DNA of 63,665 nt, filler included, from Octopus bimaculoides (Eukaryota): NCBI RefSeq assembly GCF_001194135.2. It is 6 parts of 5 records of this genome, joined end to end, with 100 filler letters (N's around TTAATTAATTAA, not from the genome) between each part and the next. Parts side by side here need not be neighbours in the genome. Positions count along the whole stretch, not along the records: positions 61,590 to 63,665 come from NW_026405774.1; 5 more parts are not named here. One strand, given 5' to 3'. Made by a program: the position numbers and the translations under genes. Within the stretch, counting starts at the first letter, position 1, and every line of letters starts with the position of its first letter. Below the pieces are notes generated by a model that made no database searches, had not been told where the DNA came from, and worked only from the letters and a program-made list of their open reading frames with translations. Of the stretch, positions 63,468 through 63,665 are shown piece after piece.

Positions 63468-63665
63468 CTGCAAAGAAATAATATAAAAATAACAATACTA
63501 TAAAATAAATACATGATAAAAGCAAGCAGCAATTATTATTTTATATCTTGAGAGAAATAAAACAACTGTTCTTCATTTAGAAATAATACATTTCTAAATC
63601 TCTCAGAGAGATATTTACAGTAGTGATATGATGAAGTAGTTGTATGCTGTCAACTTAATGTGACA

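Overview
AT-rich, gap-ridden animal genomic DNA that is mostly intronic or intergenic. The repeat landscape (dense CA/TA/TACA/GAT microsatellites, tRNA-head SINEs, RTE 3' ends with (GAT)n tails, many Penelope-like remnants) looks like an octopus genome. That is an inference from repeat families, not a database match. Most ORFs in the supplied track are microsatellite or N-gap artefacts. Supported content: (1) decayed transposons of many classes, namely mariner, Tc1, pogo/Tigger, a piggyBac-type MITE, CR1-like and RTE LINEs, three copies of an R4/Dong-like RLE LINE, one Hero-like RLE LINE and several Penelope-like elements (PLEs); (2) a few well-signalled minus-strand exons of unidentified host gene(s) near 16.7-17.0 kb, 60.9 kb and 63.4 kb; (3) seven hammerhead-ribozyme (HHR)-like motifs. 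The standout is in the 3' UTR of the Hero-like LINE (43462-43561, + strand). It has a complete hammerhead catalytic core whose three strands occur in non-circularly permuted, pseudoknotted order, and helix II appears to be replaced by a perfect four-way junction. No intact transposase or RT gene, rRNA, true tRNA gene or CRISPR array was found. Coordinates of decayed repeats are approximate, and all translations and pairings were done by eye.
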